In this document: positions 47,845-58,966 of the stretch, piece after piece | How positions within the stretch are numbered: position 1 is the first letter of the stretch | How the letters are laid out: each line of letters opens with the position of its first letter | DNA from: Giardia intestinalis | Taxonomy: Eukaryota | NCBI GenBank assembly: GCA_000002435.2 | Contig: CM018793.1 | Reading direction: 5' to 3' (one strand) | DNA length: 64,000 bases | The notes under the pieces: generated by a model | Told to the model about the DNA's origin: nothing | Seen by the model: only the letters and a program-made list of their open reading frames with translations | Database searches by the model: none | Position numbers and translations under genes: made by a program

Positions 47845-49488
47845 GTGACCCCTGGTAGTGAGTGCATCCTCTGTCATGATGCCACGGGAGCGAATGAGAA
47901 CAAAGGAGTGGCCAACTGCCTCAAGTGCACGGCACCTGGTGGCAATACAGGACCTGCCACGTGTACAGAGTGTCAAGCAGGGTTCGTTACGAAGGACAGT
48001 GCATGTGAGAAGTGCGGAGAGGGCTGCTCTGCCTGCTCAGAGAGTGATCCAAATCAATGCTCGGCATGCCTTGAGGGGAAGTATCTGAAGGGTAATGCAT
48101 GTGTAGGACCCACTGAATGTGGTGATGGTAAGTATGCAGATCCAACAACAGGCCAATGCAAGGCATGTGGAATACCTGACTGCGCCACCTGTGAGTACAA
48201 TGCAACTATTAGTCAACCACAGTGTAAGACCTGCAATAGCAATAAGATGGTGAAGACAGCGGCAGACGGGACGACCACTTGTGTCGATGATGGTGGATGT
48301 ACAAATGGCAATACGCACTTTGTTGAAGGTACTAGCCCAAAGCTTTGTGTCCCGTGCGGTGATACTACAAATGGTGGGATTCTAGGTTGTAGTACTTGCT
48401 CCTCTAAAACTACATGTACAAAGTGCCTCGACGGATATTACGATAATGATGATAGTCAAGATACAGCTACGTGTGTCGCTTGTGGTGGACAAAATTGTGA
48501 GACATGTGCTAAGGCTACGAGTGATAAATGCACGACCTGTAAGCCTGGATTCTTCTTGAAGGATAGCTCCTCTGGTGAGTGCATCTCATGTAGTGACACA
48601 GCAAATGGTGGTCGCGAAGGCTGCAGTGTCTGCTCGAATGATAGTGGATTCAAGTGCACTGACTGTAAGCCTAACTATAAGAAGCAGCTTAATGGAGGAG
48701 CAGATGATGACTATACATGTGTGAAGACCTGTGAGGATGACACTGCTTGTGGTGGTACCTCTGGTGCTTGCGATGCCATAGTGATCAATGAGAATGGAAA
48801 GGAGCTTCACTACTGTTCATACTGTGGGGATAACAGTAAGTATCCTATAGATGGAAAATGTACAAATGTCAATGCTGGAAATACAGGATGCACCAATAAT
48901 GTCTGCAAGTCTTGTACTGCAGGGTACTTCCTCTATATGGGAGGGTGTTATAAGATTGGTGCAGAACCAGGCAACCTCATGTGCAAGACCGCTGAAGGTG
49001 GTAAGTGCACTGCTGTTAATGCCAATAATAGGTACTTCGTAGTCCCAGAGGCACAGGCTACTGATCAGTCTGTGTTGGCATGTGGCAACCCCCTTGGCAC
49101 ACTAGTAGGCACTGATAGTACCTCTAAGGCATATGTGGGGGTAGATGGCTGCTCCCAGTGTACAGCCCCAGTAGCTCTGACTGAGGCTGGTATGGCTGCC
49201 GCTACATGCACCTCCTGTGACAGTGATAAGGTGCCCAACAAGGATGGCACCGGGTGTGTGCTGTGCTCTGTGGGTGATTGCAAGAGCTGTGTGGTGGATG
49301 ATGTGTGTGGGGAGTGTGTTGATGGGTACAGTCTAGACAGCAGTGGGACCTCCTGTGTGTCTATGAGTACCAACAGGAGCGGGCTCTCCACGGGGGCCAT
49401 CGCGGGGATCTCCGTCGCTGTGGTCGTCGTCGTGGGGGGCCTCGTGGGCTTCCTCTGCTGGTGGTTCATATGTAGAGGGAAGGCATGA
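47845..49488 (+). CDS. VSP copy B, 5'-truncated (homology begins about 47767 at ...EICTKASNG...); intact TM+CRGKA tail; likely a pseudogene or silent donor
   Basis: There is no ATG or signal peptide. In-frame stops (tga, tag) lie immediately upstream of the homology start. The C-terminus ...CWWFICRGKA* is followed by an AGTGAAT motif. Confidence 0.55.
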   Translation: MTPGSECILCHDATGANENKGVANCLKCTAPGGNTGPATCTECQAGFVTKDSACEKCGEGCSACSESDPNQCSACLEGKYLKGNACVGPTECGDGKYADPTTGQCKACGIPDCATCEYNATISQPQCKTCNSNKMVKTAADGTTTCVDDGGCTNGNTHFVEGTSPKLCVPCGDTTNGGILGCSTCSSKTTCTKCLDGYYDNDDSQDTATCVACGGQNCETCAKATSDKCTTCKPGFFLKDSSSGECISCSDTANGGREGCSVCSNDSGFKCTDCKPNYKKQLNGGADDDYTCVKTCEDDTACGGTSGACDAIVINENGKELHYCSYCGDNSKYPIDGKCTNVNAGNTGCTNNVCKSCTAGYFLYMGGCYKIGAEPGNLMCKTAEGGKCTAVNANNRYFVVPEAQATDQSVLACGNPLGTLVGTDSTSKAYVGVDGCSQCTAPVALTEAGMAAATCTSCDSDKVPNKDGTGCVLCSVGDCKSCVVDDVCGECVDGYSLDSSGTSCVSMSTNRSGLSTGAIAGISVAVVVVVGGLVGFLCWWFICRGKA

Positions 49489-49510
49489 CTCAGGTAGTGA
49501 ATGCTATACA

Positions 49511-49560
49511 ATGTGTGATAATGGGTAATAGAGGGTGATAGTGTGATAGTGGAGTGTGAT
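49511..49560 (+). repeat. Degenerate (G)TGATAG(TG) short-repeat spacer between a VSP stop/poly(A) motif and the next truncated VSP body. It recurs in every inter-unit spacer
   Basis: atgtgtgataatgggtaatagagggtgatagtgtgatagtggagtgtgat. Variants of it occur at about 47710-47765, 51395-51460, 53265-53320, 55155-55210, 57050-57115 and 58920-58965. Confidence 0.7.
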
Positions 49561-51379
49561 ATGTACAAAGGCCAGTAATGGACTGTGCACTGCTTGTAAG
49601 ACAGATAACAAGTACATATTCCAGAACAGGGCAGACAAGGTGACTCCTGGTGGGGAGTGCATCTTGTGCTCTGATATCAAGGGAGCGAATGGATATACGG
49701 GAGTGGCCAACTGTCTCAAGTGTACGGCACCAGGGAATGCAGGACCTGCCACGTGTAATACCTGTCAAGAGGGGTACTTCCTAAACAACAAGCTTTGTAA
49801 GCCATGCGAGGGGAACTGTGCCACCTGTGAGACATCGGCGACCCAGTGCACATCGTGTCCAGAGGGGAAGTACCTCAATGGGAATCAATGTACTGATAGC
49901 TGTGGTAATGATAAGTATGCTGATCCAGAGTCTGGAACGTGCATGGCATGTAGTACAATAACTGATTGCACGGCATGCAAGTACAATGCGACTGTCAGTA
50001 AGCCCCAGTGCACTAACTGTGGCAGTAAGAAGGTGAAGACGGCCATCGATGGCACCACAACGTGCGTTGATGTGAGCTCTGGATGCCAGGATGCTGATCA
50101 CTTCAAGGCAGATGGTGATGCTGCGTGTGTCTTGTGCAGCGATACCAGCGGAGATAATGAGAACACAAATAAGGGACTGGAGGGCTGTAGTGCGTGCACA
50201 AAACCTAATAACAACCAACCACCCGCTTGTACCGGATGCTTACCCGGATATTACGATTCTGCGCCCGGCACCTTCAAGTGTAAGGCCTGTGCTCCCAACT
50301 GTGCCACCTGCACTCAAATTGGAGACGATAAGTGCTTGACCTGTAAGGAGGGGTTCTTCATGAAAGTCAGTGGCCCCGGTGAGTGCGTCCCTTGTAGTGA
50401 TACAGCTAAGGATGGCATCGATGGATGTGCAACGTGCACCTTCTCTAGCTCGTTGACCTGCAACTCCTGTAAGGTGAACTACAAGCAGAGCGGTACCCCT
50501 TCAACTGGGGTCACATGCACCAGGACTTGTGAAGATGATACGGCCTGCGGGGGTACCTCTGGTGCCTGCGATGCCATGATAATTGATGATAAGGGCACCA
50601 CAAAGCACTACTGTTCATACTGTGGGGATAGTTCACAAGCTCCTATAGATGGACTATGCACTAATAACAAAGAAAGTAATACTTGTACTAGTCATACATG
50701 TACATCATGTGCTGCTAACTACTTCCTCTATATGGGTGGCTGTTATAGCACTCAGAAGGCTCCTGGCAACTACATGTGCAAGACCGCAGGTAACAATGGG
50801 ATATGCACAGAAGCGGCCAACAATAGGTACTTCGTAGTCCCAGAAGCAACCAATGCTCAACAGTCTGTCCTGGCATGTGGTAACCCCCTTGGCACACTGA
50901 CAGGCACTGGTGATACTGCTAAGGCATACGTTGGGGTGGATGGCTGCTCCCAGTGCACAGCCCCAGCAGCTCCATCTGATGGTGGTATGACCCCCGCTGT
51001 GTGCACCTCTTGTGACAATAGTAAGAAGCCCAACCTGGCTGGGAGCGGGTGCTTCCCATGTGCCGTTGTTGGATGCTCGCACTGTGATATGGACAACAAG
51101 TGCTCCGCCTGCACAGAGGGGGGCAAGAGACCCAACAAGGAAGGGACAGCATGCTTTGAATGTAACGTGGAGGGGTGCGCTTATTGTAGTGGTGCTAATA
51201 AGTGTGAAGAGTGCAGCGATGGGTTCAAATTAGAGGGTGACAAGTGCGTGTCTTCTGGCACCAACAGGAGCGGGCTGTCTACTGGCGCCATCGCGGGCAT
51301 CTCCGTCGCTGTGGTCGTCGTCGTGGGGGGCCTCGTGGGCTTCCTCTGCTGGTGGTTCCTCTGCAGGGGGAAGGCGTGA
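49556..51379 (+). CDS. VSP copy C (607-aa type), 5'-truncated, starting at ICTKASNGLCTACKTDN...; tail ...CWWFLCRGKA*
   Basis: GTG-initiated ORF only. The nearest ATG (atgtac) is out of frame. Identical in protein to copy F. Confidence 0.55.
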   Translation: MICTKASNGLCTACKTDNKYIFQNRADKVTPGGECILCSDIKGANGYTGVANCLKCTAPGNAGPATCNTCQEGYFLNNKLCKPCEGNCATCETSATQCTSCPEGKYLNGNQCTDSCGNDKYADPESGTCMACSTITDCTACKYNATVSKPQCTNCGSKKVKTAIDGTTTCVDVSSGCQDADHFKADGDAACVLCSDTSGDNENTNKGLEGCSACTKPNNNQPPACTGCLPGYYDSAPGTFKCKACAPNCATCTQIGDDKCLTCKEGFFMKVSGPGECVPCSDTAKDGIDGCATCTFSSSLTCNSCKVNYKQSGTPSTGVTCTRTCEDDTACGGTSGACDAMIIDDKGTTKHYCSYCGDSSQAPIDGLCTNNKESNTCTSHTCTSCAANYFLYMGGCYSTQKAPGNYMCKTAGNNGICTEAANNRYFVVPEATNAQQSVLACGNPLGTLTGTGDTAKAYVGVDGCSQCTAPAAPSDGGMTPAVCTSCDNSKKPNLAGSGCFPCAVVGCSHCDMDNKCSACTEGGKRPNKEGTACFECNVEGCAYCSGANKCEECSDGFKLEGDKCVSSGTNRSGLSTGAIAGISVAVVVVVGGLVGFLCWWFLCRGKA

Positions 51380-51387
51380 CTTAGGTA

Positions 51388-53253
51388 GTGAATGCTGTAC
51401 AATGTGTGATAATGGGTGATAGTATGATAGTGGTGTGTGGGGGTGATAGTGATAGTACGGGACTTCTCTTCATGGGCGGGTGCTACAAGACAGAGAGTCA
51501 GCCCGGCAGTGACATATGCACACAGGCTGAGGGAGGAGTGTGCACTGCTTGTAAGGCAGATAGTCAGTACATATTCCAGAATGGGGCAGAGAAGGTGACC
51601 CCTGGTGGGGAGTGCATACTGTGCTGGGATACTATAGATAGAAACGGGGTCATGGGAGTCAAGGACTGTCTCAAGTGTACGGCACCAGCTAATAACAAGG
51701 GGGCTGCCACGTGTACAGAATGCCAAGCAGGGTACGTTAAGGATAACGCTTCTAATACGTGTAAGAAGTGCGGAGAGGGCTGCTCCGAGTGCTCAGAGAG
51801 TGATCAGCAATCGTGTACTGCCTGCTTTGAAGGGAAGTTCCTGAAGGCTGACAGTAAGACTTGTGTAGAGGCTAATCAATGTGGTAATGATAAGTATGCA
51901 GACCCGACAACAGGCCAATGTAAGGCATGCACAGACACAAGTGTCAATGAATGTGCTACGTGTACATACAGCGACACTCTTCAGAAGCCGGTGTGCACTG
52001 GATGCGGGGGCCAAAAGCCGCTTCTCAAGCAAAAAGCTGATGGCACAGTAGAATGTGTTGATGATGGCGGCTGCCCTACTGGTGATACCCACTTCCTTGA
52101 ACAATATCCAAAGGCTTGTGTCCCATGTGGTGATAATACACGAGGCGGCGTTGTCGGATGTAGCACCTGCACTGCAAAGGGAGGGTGCTCTGCCTGTTTA
52201 GCTGGGTATATAAAAGAGGGAAGTAGCGACCCAGTTACATGCACCCCCTGTCACGCCAACTGTGCTACATGCTCTGCTGCTGGCAAGGATAAGTGTGATA
52301 CATGCAAGCCAGGGTACTTCATGAAAGGCAGTGGTCCTACTGGTGAGTGCGTTGCTTGTGACAGTGAAGCCGACAATGGCATCGAGGGCTGTGGTGCATG
52401 CACAAACGATGGCGGTGCTTTCAAGTGCACCGATTGCAAGCCCAACTATCGCAAGCAGAGCGATAGCAGTTCTGGCTCTGTTACATGTACAAAGGTGTGT
52501 GAAGATGATACTGCCTGCGGGGGCACTTCTGGTGCCTGCGATGCAATAGTGATTGATGCTAATGGAAAGGAGCTTCATTATTGTTCTTATTGTGGGGATA
52601 ACAGTAAGGTACCAATTGATGGCATCTGTGCTACTGATAAGAAAGGTAATACTTGTAACAGTCATACATGTACACAGTGTGCTCAAGGGTACTTCTTATA
52701 CATGAATGGCTGTTACAAGGTTGGTCAAGAACCAGGTAGTCATATGTGCAAGACAGCAGGTAATACTGGGATATGCACAGAAGCGGCCAACAATAGATAC
52801 TTCGTAGTCCCAGAGGCAACCAATGCTCAGCAGTCTGTACTAGCATGTGGTAACCCATTAGGCACACTAATAGGTACTCAAGACAATGCTAAGGCATACG
52901 TGGGAGTGGATGGCTGCTCCCAGTGTACAGCCCCAGTAGCTCTGACTGATGGTGGTATGACCCCTGCTATATGTACCTCCTGTGACAGTGATAAGAAGCC
53001 CAACAAGGATGGCACCGGGTGTGTGCTGTGCTCTGTGGGTGATTGCAAGAGCTGTGTGGTGGATGATGTGTGTGGGGAGTGTGTTGATGGGTACAGTCTA
53101 GACAGCAGTGGGACCTCCTGTGTGTCTATGAGTACCAACAGGAGCGGGCTCTCCACGGGGGCCATCGCGGGGATCTCCGTCGCTGTGGTCGTCGTCGTGG
53201 GGGGCCTCGTGGGCTTCCTCTGCTGGTGGTTCATATGTAGAGGGAAGGCATGA
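51388..53253 (+). CDS. VSP copy D (621-aa type), 5'-truncated; VSP homology begins at LLFMGGCYK (about 51462); tail ...CWWFICRGKA*
   Basis: The ORF runs in frame through the GTGATAG spacer, which supplies ATG codons (MGDSMIVVCGG...) but no signal peptide. Near-identical to copy G. The C-terminal part is near-identical to that of copy A. Confidence 0.55.
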   Translation: MNAVQCVIMGDSMIVVCGGDSDSTGLLFMGGCYKTESQPGSDICTQAEGGVCTACKADSQYIFQNGAEKVTPGGECILCWDTIDRNGVMGVKDCLKCTAPANNKGAATCTECQAGYVKDNASNTCKKCGEGCSECSESDQQSCTACFEGKFLKADSKTCVEANQCGNDKYADPTTGQCKACTDTSVNECATCTYSDTLQKPVCTGCGGQKPLLKQKADGTVECVDDGGCPTGDTHFLEQYPKACVPCGDNTRGGVVGCSTCTAKGGCSACLAGYIKEGSSDPVTCTPCHANCATCSAAGKDKCDTCKPGYFMKGSGPTGECVACDSEADNGIEGCGACTNDGGAFKCTDCKPNYRKQSDSSSGSVTCTKVCEDDTACGGTSGACDAIVIDANGKELHYCSYCGDNSKVPIDGICATDKKGNTCNSHTCTQCAQGYFLYMNGCYKVGQEPGSHMCKTAGNTGICTEAANNRYFVVPEATNAQQSVLACGNPLGTLIGTQDNAKAYVGVDGCSQCTAPVALTDGGMTPAICTSCDSDKKPNKDGTGCVLCSVGDCKSCVVDDVCGECVDGYSLDSSGTSCVSMSTNRSGLSTGAIAGISVAVVVVVGGLVGFLCWWFICRGKA

Positions 53254-53320
53254 CTCAGGTAGTGAATGCTATACAATGTGTGATAATGGGTAATAGAGGG
53301 TGATAGTGTGATAGTGGAGT

Positions 53321-55144
53321 GTGATATGTACAAAGGCCAGTAATGGACTGTGCACTGCTTGTAAGACAGATAACAAGTACATATTCCAGAACAGGGCAGA
53401 CAAGGTGACTCCTGGTGGGGAGTGCATCTTGTGCTCTGATATCAAGGGAGCGAATGGATATACGGGAGTGGCCAACTGTCTCAAGTGTACGGCACCAGGG
53501 AATGCAGGACCTGCCACGTGTAATACCTGTCAAGAGGGGTACTTCCTAAACAACAAGCTTTGTAAGCCATGCGAGGGGAACTGTGCCACCTGTGAGACAT
53601 CGGCGACCCAGTGCACATCGTGTCCAGAGGGGAAGTACCTCAATGGGAATCAATGTACTGATAGCTGTGGTAATGGTAAGTATGCTGATCCAGAGTCTGG
53701 AACGTGCATGGCATGTAGTACAATAACTGATTGCACGGCATGCAAGTACAATGCGACTGTCAGTAAGCCCCAGTGCACTAACTGTGGCAGTAAGAAGGTG
53801 AAGACGGCCATCGATGGCACCACAACGTGCGTTGATGTGAGCTCTGGATGCCAGGATGCTGATCACTTCAAGGCAGATGGTGATGCTGCGTGTGTCTTGT
53901 GCAGCGATACCAGCGGAGATAATGAGAACACAAATAAGGGACTGGAGGGCTGTAGTGCGTGCACAAAACCTAATAACAACCAACCACCCGCTTGTACCGG
54001 ATGCTTACCCGGATATTACGATTCTGCGCCCGGCACCTTCAAGTGTAAGGCCTGTGCTCCCAACTGTGCCACCTGCACTCAAATTGGAGACGATAAGTGC
54101 TTGACCTGTAAGGAGGGGTTCTTCATGAAAGTCAGTGGCCCCGGTGAGTGCGTCCCTTGTAGTGATACAGCTAAGGATGGCATCGATGGATGTGCAACGT
54201 GCACCTTCTCTAGCTCGTTGACCTGCAACTCCTGTAAGGTGAACTACAAGCAGAGCGGTACCCCTTCAACTGGGGTCACATGCACCAGGACTTGTGAAGA
54301 TGATACGGCCTGCGGGGGTACCTCTGGTGCCTGCGATGCCATGATAATTGATGATAAGGGCACCACAAAGCACTACTGTTCATACTGTGGGGATAGTTCA
54401 CAAGCTCCTATAGATGGACTATGCACTAATAACAAAGAAAGTAATACTTGTACTAGTCATACATGTACATCATGTGCTGCTAACTACTTCCTCTATATGG
54501 GTGGCTGTTATAGCACTCAGAAGGCTCCTGGCAACTACATGTGCAAGACCGCAGGTAACAATGGGATATGCACAGAAGCGGCCAACAATAGGTACTTCGT
54601 AGTCCCAGAAGCAACCAATGCTCAACAGTCTGTCCTGGCATGTGGTAACCCCCTTGGCACACTGACAGGCACTGGTGATACTGCTAAGGCATACGTTGGG
54701 GTGGATGGCTGCTCCCAGTGCACAGCCCCAGCAGCTCCATCTGATGGTGGTATGACCCCCGCTGTGTGCACCTCTTGTGACAATAGTAAGAAGCCCAACC
54801 TGGCTGGGAGCGGGTGCTTCCCATGTGCCGTTGTTGGATGCTCGCACTGTGATATGGACAACAAGTGCTCCGCCTGCACAGAGGGGGGCAAGAGACCCAA
54901 CAAGGAAGGGACAGCATGCTTTGAATGTAACGTGGAGGGGTGCGCTTATTGTAGTGGTGCTAATAAGTGTGAAGAGTGCAGCGATGGGTTCAAATTAGAG
55001 GGTGACAAGTGCGTGTCTTCTGGCACCAACAGGAGCGGGCTCTCCACGGGGGCCATCGCGGGGATCTCCGTCGCTGTGGTCGTCGTCGTGGGGGGCCTCG
55101 TGGGCTTCCTCTGCTGGTGGTTCATATGTAGAGGGAAGGCATGA
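53321..55144 (+). CDS. VSP copy E (607-aa type), 5'-truncated; tail ...CWWFICRGKA*
   Basis: Differs from copies C and F only at a few positions (GNGKY versus GNDKY, FICRGKA versus FLCRGKA). Confidence 0.55.
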   Translation: MICTKASNGLCTACKTDNKYIFQNRADKVTPGGECILCSDIKGANGYTGVANCLKCTAPGNAGPATCNTCQEGYFLNNKLCKPCEGNCATCETSATQCTSCPEGKYLNGNQCTDSCGNGKYADPESGTCMACSTITDCTACKYNATVSKPQCTNCGSKKVKTAIDGTTTCVDVSSGCQDADHFKADGDAACVLCSDTSGDNENTNKGLEGCSACTKPNNNQPPACTGCLPGYYDSAPGTFKCKACAPNCATCTQIGDDKCLTCKEGFFMKVSGPGECVPCSDTAKDGIDGCATCTFSSSLTCNSCKVNYKQSGTPSTGVTCTRTCEDDTACGGTSGACDAMIIDDKGTTKHYCSYCGDSSQAPIDGLCTNNKESNTCTSHTCTSCAANYFLYMGGCYSTQKAPGNYMCKTAGNNGICTEAANNRYFVVPEATNAQQSVLACGNPLGTLTGTGDTAKAYVGVDGCSQCTAPAAPSDGGMTPAVCTSCDNSKKPNLAGSGCFPCAVVGCSHCDMDNKCSACTEGGKRPNKEGTACFECNVEGCAYCSGANKCEECSDGFKLEGDKCVSSGTNRSGLSTGAIAGISVAVVVVVGGLVGFLCWWFICRGKA

Positions 55145-55211
55145 CTCAGGTAGTGAATGCTATACAATGTGTGATAATGGGTAATAGAGGGTGATAGTGT
55201 GATAGTGGAGT

Positions 55212-57035
55212 GTGATATGTACAAAGGCCAGTAATGGACTGTGCACTGCTTGTAAGACAGATAACAAGTACATATTCCAGAACAGGGCAGACAAGGTGAC
55301 TCCTGGTGGGGAGTGCATCTTGTGCTCTGATATCAAGGGAGCGAATGGATATACGGGAGTGGCCAACTGTCTCAAGTGTACGGCACCAGGGAATGCAGGA
55401 CCTGCCACGTGTAATACCTGTCAAGAGGGGTACTTCCTAAACAACAAGCTTTGTAAGCCATGCGAGGGGAACTGTGCCACCTGTGAGACATCGGCGACCC
55501 AGTGCACATCGTGTCCAGAGGGGAAGTACCTCAATGGGAATCAATGTACTGATAGCTGTGGTAATGATAAGTATGCTGATCCAGAGTCTGGAACGTGCAT
55601 GGCATGTAGTACAATAACTGATTGCACGGCATGCAAGTACAATGCGACTGTCAGTAAGCCCCAGTGCACTAACTGTGGCAGTAAGAAGGTGAAGACGGCC
55701 ATCGATGGCACCACAACGTGCGTTGATGTGAGCTCTGGATGCCAGGATGCTGATCACTTCAAGGCAGATGGTGATGCTGCGTGTGTCTTGTGCAGCGATA
55801 CCAGCGGAGATAATGAGAACACAAATAAGGGACTGGAGGGCTGTAGTGCGTGCACAAAACCTAATAACAACCAACCACCCGCTTGTACCGGATGCTTACC
55901 CGGATATTACGATTCTGCGCCCGGCACCTTCAAGTGTAAGGCCTGTGCTCCCAACTGTGCCACCTGCACTCAAATTGGAGACGATAAGTGCTTGACCTGT
56001 AAGGAGGGGTTCTTCATGAAAGTCAGTGGCCCCGGTGAGTGCGTCCCTTGTAGTGATACAGCTAAGGATGGCATCGATGGATGTGCAACGTGCACCTTCT
56101 CTAGCTCGTTGACCTGCAACTCCTGTAAGGTGAACTACAAGCAGAGCGGTACCCCTTCAACTGGGGTCACATGCACCAGGACTTGTGAAGATGATACGGC
56201 CTGCGGGGGTACCTCTGGTGCCTGCGATGCCATGATAATTGATGATAAGGGCACCACAAAGCACTACTGTTCATACTGTGGGGATAGTTCACAAGCTCCT
56301 ATAGATGGACTATGCACTAATAACAAAGAAAGTAATACTTGTACTAGTCATACATGTACATCATGTGCTGCTAACTACTTCCTCTATATGGGTGGCTGTT
56401 ATAGCACTCAGAAGGCTCCTGGCAACTACATGTGCAAGACCGCAGGTAACAATGGGATATGCACAGAAGCGGCCAACAATAGGTACTTCGTAGTCCCAGA
56501 AGCAACCAATGCTCAACAGTCTGTCCTGGCATGTGGTAACCCCCTTGGCACACTGACAGGCACTGGTGATACTGCTAAGGCATACGTTGGGGTGGATGGC
56601 TGCTCCCAGTGCACAGCCCCAGCAGCTCCATCTGATGGTGGTATGACCCCCGCTGTGTGCACCTCTTGTGACAATAGTAAGAAGCCCAACCTGGCTGGGA
56701 GCGGGTGCTTCCCATGTGCCGTTGTTGGATGCTCGCACTGTGATATGGACAACAAGTGCTCCGCCTGCACAGAGGGGGGCAAGAGACCCAACAAGGAAGG
56801 GACAGCATGCTTTGAATGTAACGTGGAGGGGTGCGCTTATTGTAGTGGTGCTAATAAGTGTGAAGAGTGCAGCGATGGGTTCAAATTAGAGGGTGACAAG
56901 TGCGTGTCTTCTGGCACCAACAGGAGCGGGCTGTCTACTGGCGCCATCGCGGGCATCTCCGTCGCTGTGGTCGTCGTCGTGGGGGGCCTCGTGGGCTTCC
57001 TCTGCTGGTGGTTCCTCTGCAGGGGGAAGGCGTGA
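55212..57035 (+). CDS. VSP copy F (607-aa type), 5'-truncated; tail ...CWWFLCRGKA*
   Basis: Protein identical to copy C. It starts 5656 bp downstream of copy C. Confidence 0.55.
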   Translation: MICTKASNGLCTACKTDNKYIFQNRADKVTPGGECILCSDIKGANGYTGVANCLKCTAPGNAGPATCNTCQEGYFLNNKLCKPCEGNCATCETSATQCTSCPEGKYLNGNQCTDSCGNDKYADPESGTCMACSTITDCTACKYNATVSKPQCTNCGSKKVKTAIDGTTTCVDVSSGCQDADHFKADGDAACVLCSDTSGDNENTNKGLEGCSACTKPNNNQPPACTGCLPGYYDSAPGTFKCKACAPNCATCTQIGDDKCLTCKEGFFMKVSGPGECVPCSDTAKDGIDGCATCTFSSSLTCNSCKVNYKQSGTPSTGVTCTRTCEDDTACGGTSGACDAMIIDDKGTTKHYCSYCGDSSQAPIDGLCTNNKESNTCTSHTCTSCAANYFLYMGGCYSTQKAPGNYMCKTAGNNGICTEAANNRYFVVPEATNAQQSVLACGNPLGTLTGTGDTAKAYVGVDGCSQCTAPAAPSDGGMTPAVCTSCDNSKKPNLAGSGCFPCAVVGCSHCDMDNKCSACTEGGKRPNKEGTACFECNVEGCAYCSGANKCEECSDGFKLEGDKCVSSGTNRSGLSTGAIAGISVAVVVVVGGLVGFLCWWFLCRGKA

Positions 57036-57043
57036 CTTAGGTA

Positions 57044-58909
57044 GTGAATGCTGTACAATGTGTGATAATGGGTGATAGTATGATAGTGGTGTGTGGGGGT
57101 GATAGTGATAGTACGGGACTTCTCTTCATGGGCGGGTGCTACAAGACAGAGAGTCAGCCCGGCAGTGACATATGCACACAGGCTGAGGGAGGAGTGTGCA
57201 CTGCTTGTAAGGCAGATAGTCAGTACATATTCCAGAATGGGGCAGAGAAGGTGACCCCTGGTGGGGAGTGCATACTGTGCTGGGATACTATAGATAGAAA
57301 CGGGGTCATGGGAGTCAAGGACTGTCTCAAGTGTACGGCACCAGCTAATAACAAGGGGGCTGCCACGTGTACAGAATGCCAAGCAGGGTACGTTAAGGAT
57401 AACGCTTCTAATACGTGTAAGAAGTGCGGAGAGGGCTGCTCCGAGTGCTCAGAGAGTGATCAGCAATCGTGTACTGCCTGCTTTGAAGGGAAGTTCCTGA
57501 AGGCTGACAGTAAGACTTGTGTAGAGGCTAATCAATGTGGTAATGATAAGTATGCAGACCCGACAACAGGCCAATGTAAGGCATGCACAGACACAAGTGT
57601 CAATGAATGTGCTACGTGTACATACAGCGACACTCTTCAGAAGCCGGTGTGCACTGGATGCGGGGGCCAAAAGCCGCTTCTCAAGCAAAAAGCTGATGGC
57701 ACAGTAGAATGTGTTGATGATGGCGGCTGCCCTACTGGTGATACCCACTTCCTTGAACAATATCCAAAGGCTTGTGTCCCATGTGGTGATAATACACGAG
57801 GCGGCGTTGTCGGATGTAGCACCTGCACTGCAAAGGGAGGGTGCTCTGCCTGTTTAGCTGGGTATATAAAAGAGGGAAGTAGCGACCCAGTTACATGCAC
57901 CCCCTGTCACGCCAACTGTGCTACATGCTCTGCTGCTGGCAAGGATAAGTGTGATACATGCAAGCCAGGGTACTTCATGAAAGGCAGTGGTCCTACTGGT
58001 GAGTGCGTTGCTTGTGACAGTGAAGCCGACAATGGCATCGAGGGCTGTGGTGCATGCACAAACGATGGCGGTGCTTTCAAGTGCACCGATTGCAAGCCCA
58101 ACTATCGCAAGCAGAGCGATAGCAGTTCTGGCTCTGTTACATGTACAAAGGTGTGTGAAGATGATACTGCCTGCGGGGGCACTTCTGGTGCCTGCGATGC
58201 AATAGTGATTGATGCTAATGGAAAGGAGCTTCATTATTGTTCTTATTGTGGGGATAACAGTAAGGTACCAATTGATGGCATCTGTGCTACTGATAAGAAA
58301 GGTAATACTTGTAACAGTCATACATGTACACAGTGTGCTCAAGGGTACTTCTTATACATGAATGGCTGTTACAAGGTTGGTCAAGAACCAGGTAGTCATA
58401 TGTGCAAGACAGCAGGTAATACTGGGATATGCACAGAAGCGGCCAACAATAGATACTTCGTAGTCCCAGAGGCAACCAATGCTCAGCAGTCTGTACTAGC
58501 ATGTGGTAACCCATTAGGCACACTAATAGGTACTCAAGACAATGCTAAGGCATACGTGGGGGTCGAGGGCTGCTCCCAGTGTACAGCCCCAGTAGCTCTG
58601 ACTGAGGCTGGTATGGCTGCCGCTACATGCACCTCCTGTGACAGTGATAAGAAGCCCAACAAGGATGGCACCGGGTGTGTGCTGTGCTCTGTGGGTGATT
58701 GCAAGAGCTGTGTGGTGGATGATGTGTGTGGGGAGTGTGTTGATGGGTACAGTCTAGACAGCAGTGGGACCTCCTGTGTGTCTATGAGTACCAACAGGAG
58801 CGGGCTCTCCACGGGGGCCATCGCGGGGATCTCCGTCGCTGTGGTCGTCGTCGTGGGGGGCCTCGTGGGCTTCCTCTGCTGGTGGTTCATATGTAGAGGG
58901 AAGGCATGA
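57044..58909 (+). CDS. VSP copy G (621-aa type), 5'-truncated; tail ...CWWFICRGKA*
   Basis: Near-identical to copy D and 5656 bp downstream of it. The C-terminal 300 aa are identical to copy A, not to copy D. Confidence 0.55.
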   Translation: MNAVQCVIMGDSMIVVCGGDSDSTGLLFMGGCYKTESQPGSDICTQAEGGVCTACKADSQYIFQNGAEKVTPGGECILCWDTIDRNGVMGVKDCLKCTAPANNKGAATCTECQAGYVKDNASNTCKKCGEGCSECSESDQQSCTACFEGKFLKADSKTCVEANQCGNDKYADPTTGQCKACTDTSVNECATCTYSDTLQKPVCTGCGGQKPLLKQKADGTVECVDDGGCPTGDTHFLEQYPKACVPCGDNTRGGVVGCSTCTAKGGCSACLAGYIKEGSSDPVTCTPCHANCATCSAAGKDKCDTCKPGYFMKGSGPTGECVACDSEADNGIEGCGACTNDGGAFKCTDCKPNYRKQSDSSSGSVTCTKVCEDDTACGGTSGACDAIVIDANGKELHYCSYCGDNSKVPIDGICATDKKGNTCNSHTCTQCAQGYFLYMNGCYKVGQEPGSHMCKTAGNTGICTEAANNRYFVVPEATNAQQSVLACGNPLGTLIGTQDNAKAYVGVEGCSQCTAPVALTEAGMAAATCTSCDSDKKPNKDGTGCVLCSVGDCKSCVVDDVCGECVDGYSLDSSGTSCVSMSTNRSGLSTGAIAGISVAVVVVVGGLVGFLCWWFICRGKA

Positions 58910-58966
58910 CTCAGGTAGTGAATGCTATACAATGTGTGATAATGGGTGATAGTATGATAGTGGAGT

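Noticed and set aside
49065-49568. Recurrent antisense ORFs inside the VSP units (for example the 167-aa ORF at 49065-49568 and the 145-aa ORFs at 49781-50218, 53546-53983 and 55437-55874)
   Set aside because: They are reverse-frame read-through of cysteine-codon-rich sequence (translations rich in H/T/P/S). They recur only because the sense VSP DNA is duplicated. There are no independent gene signals.
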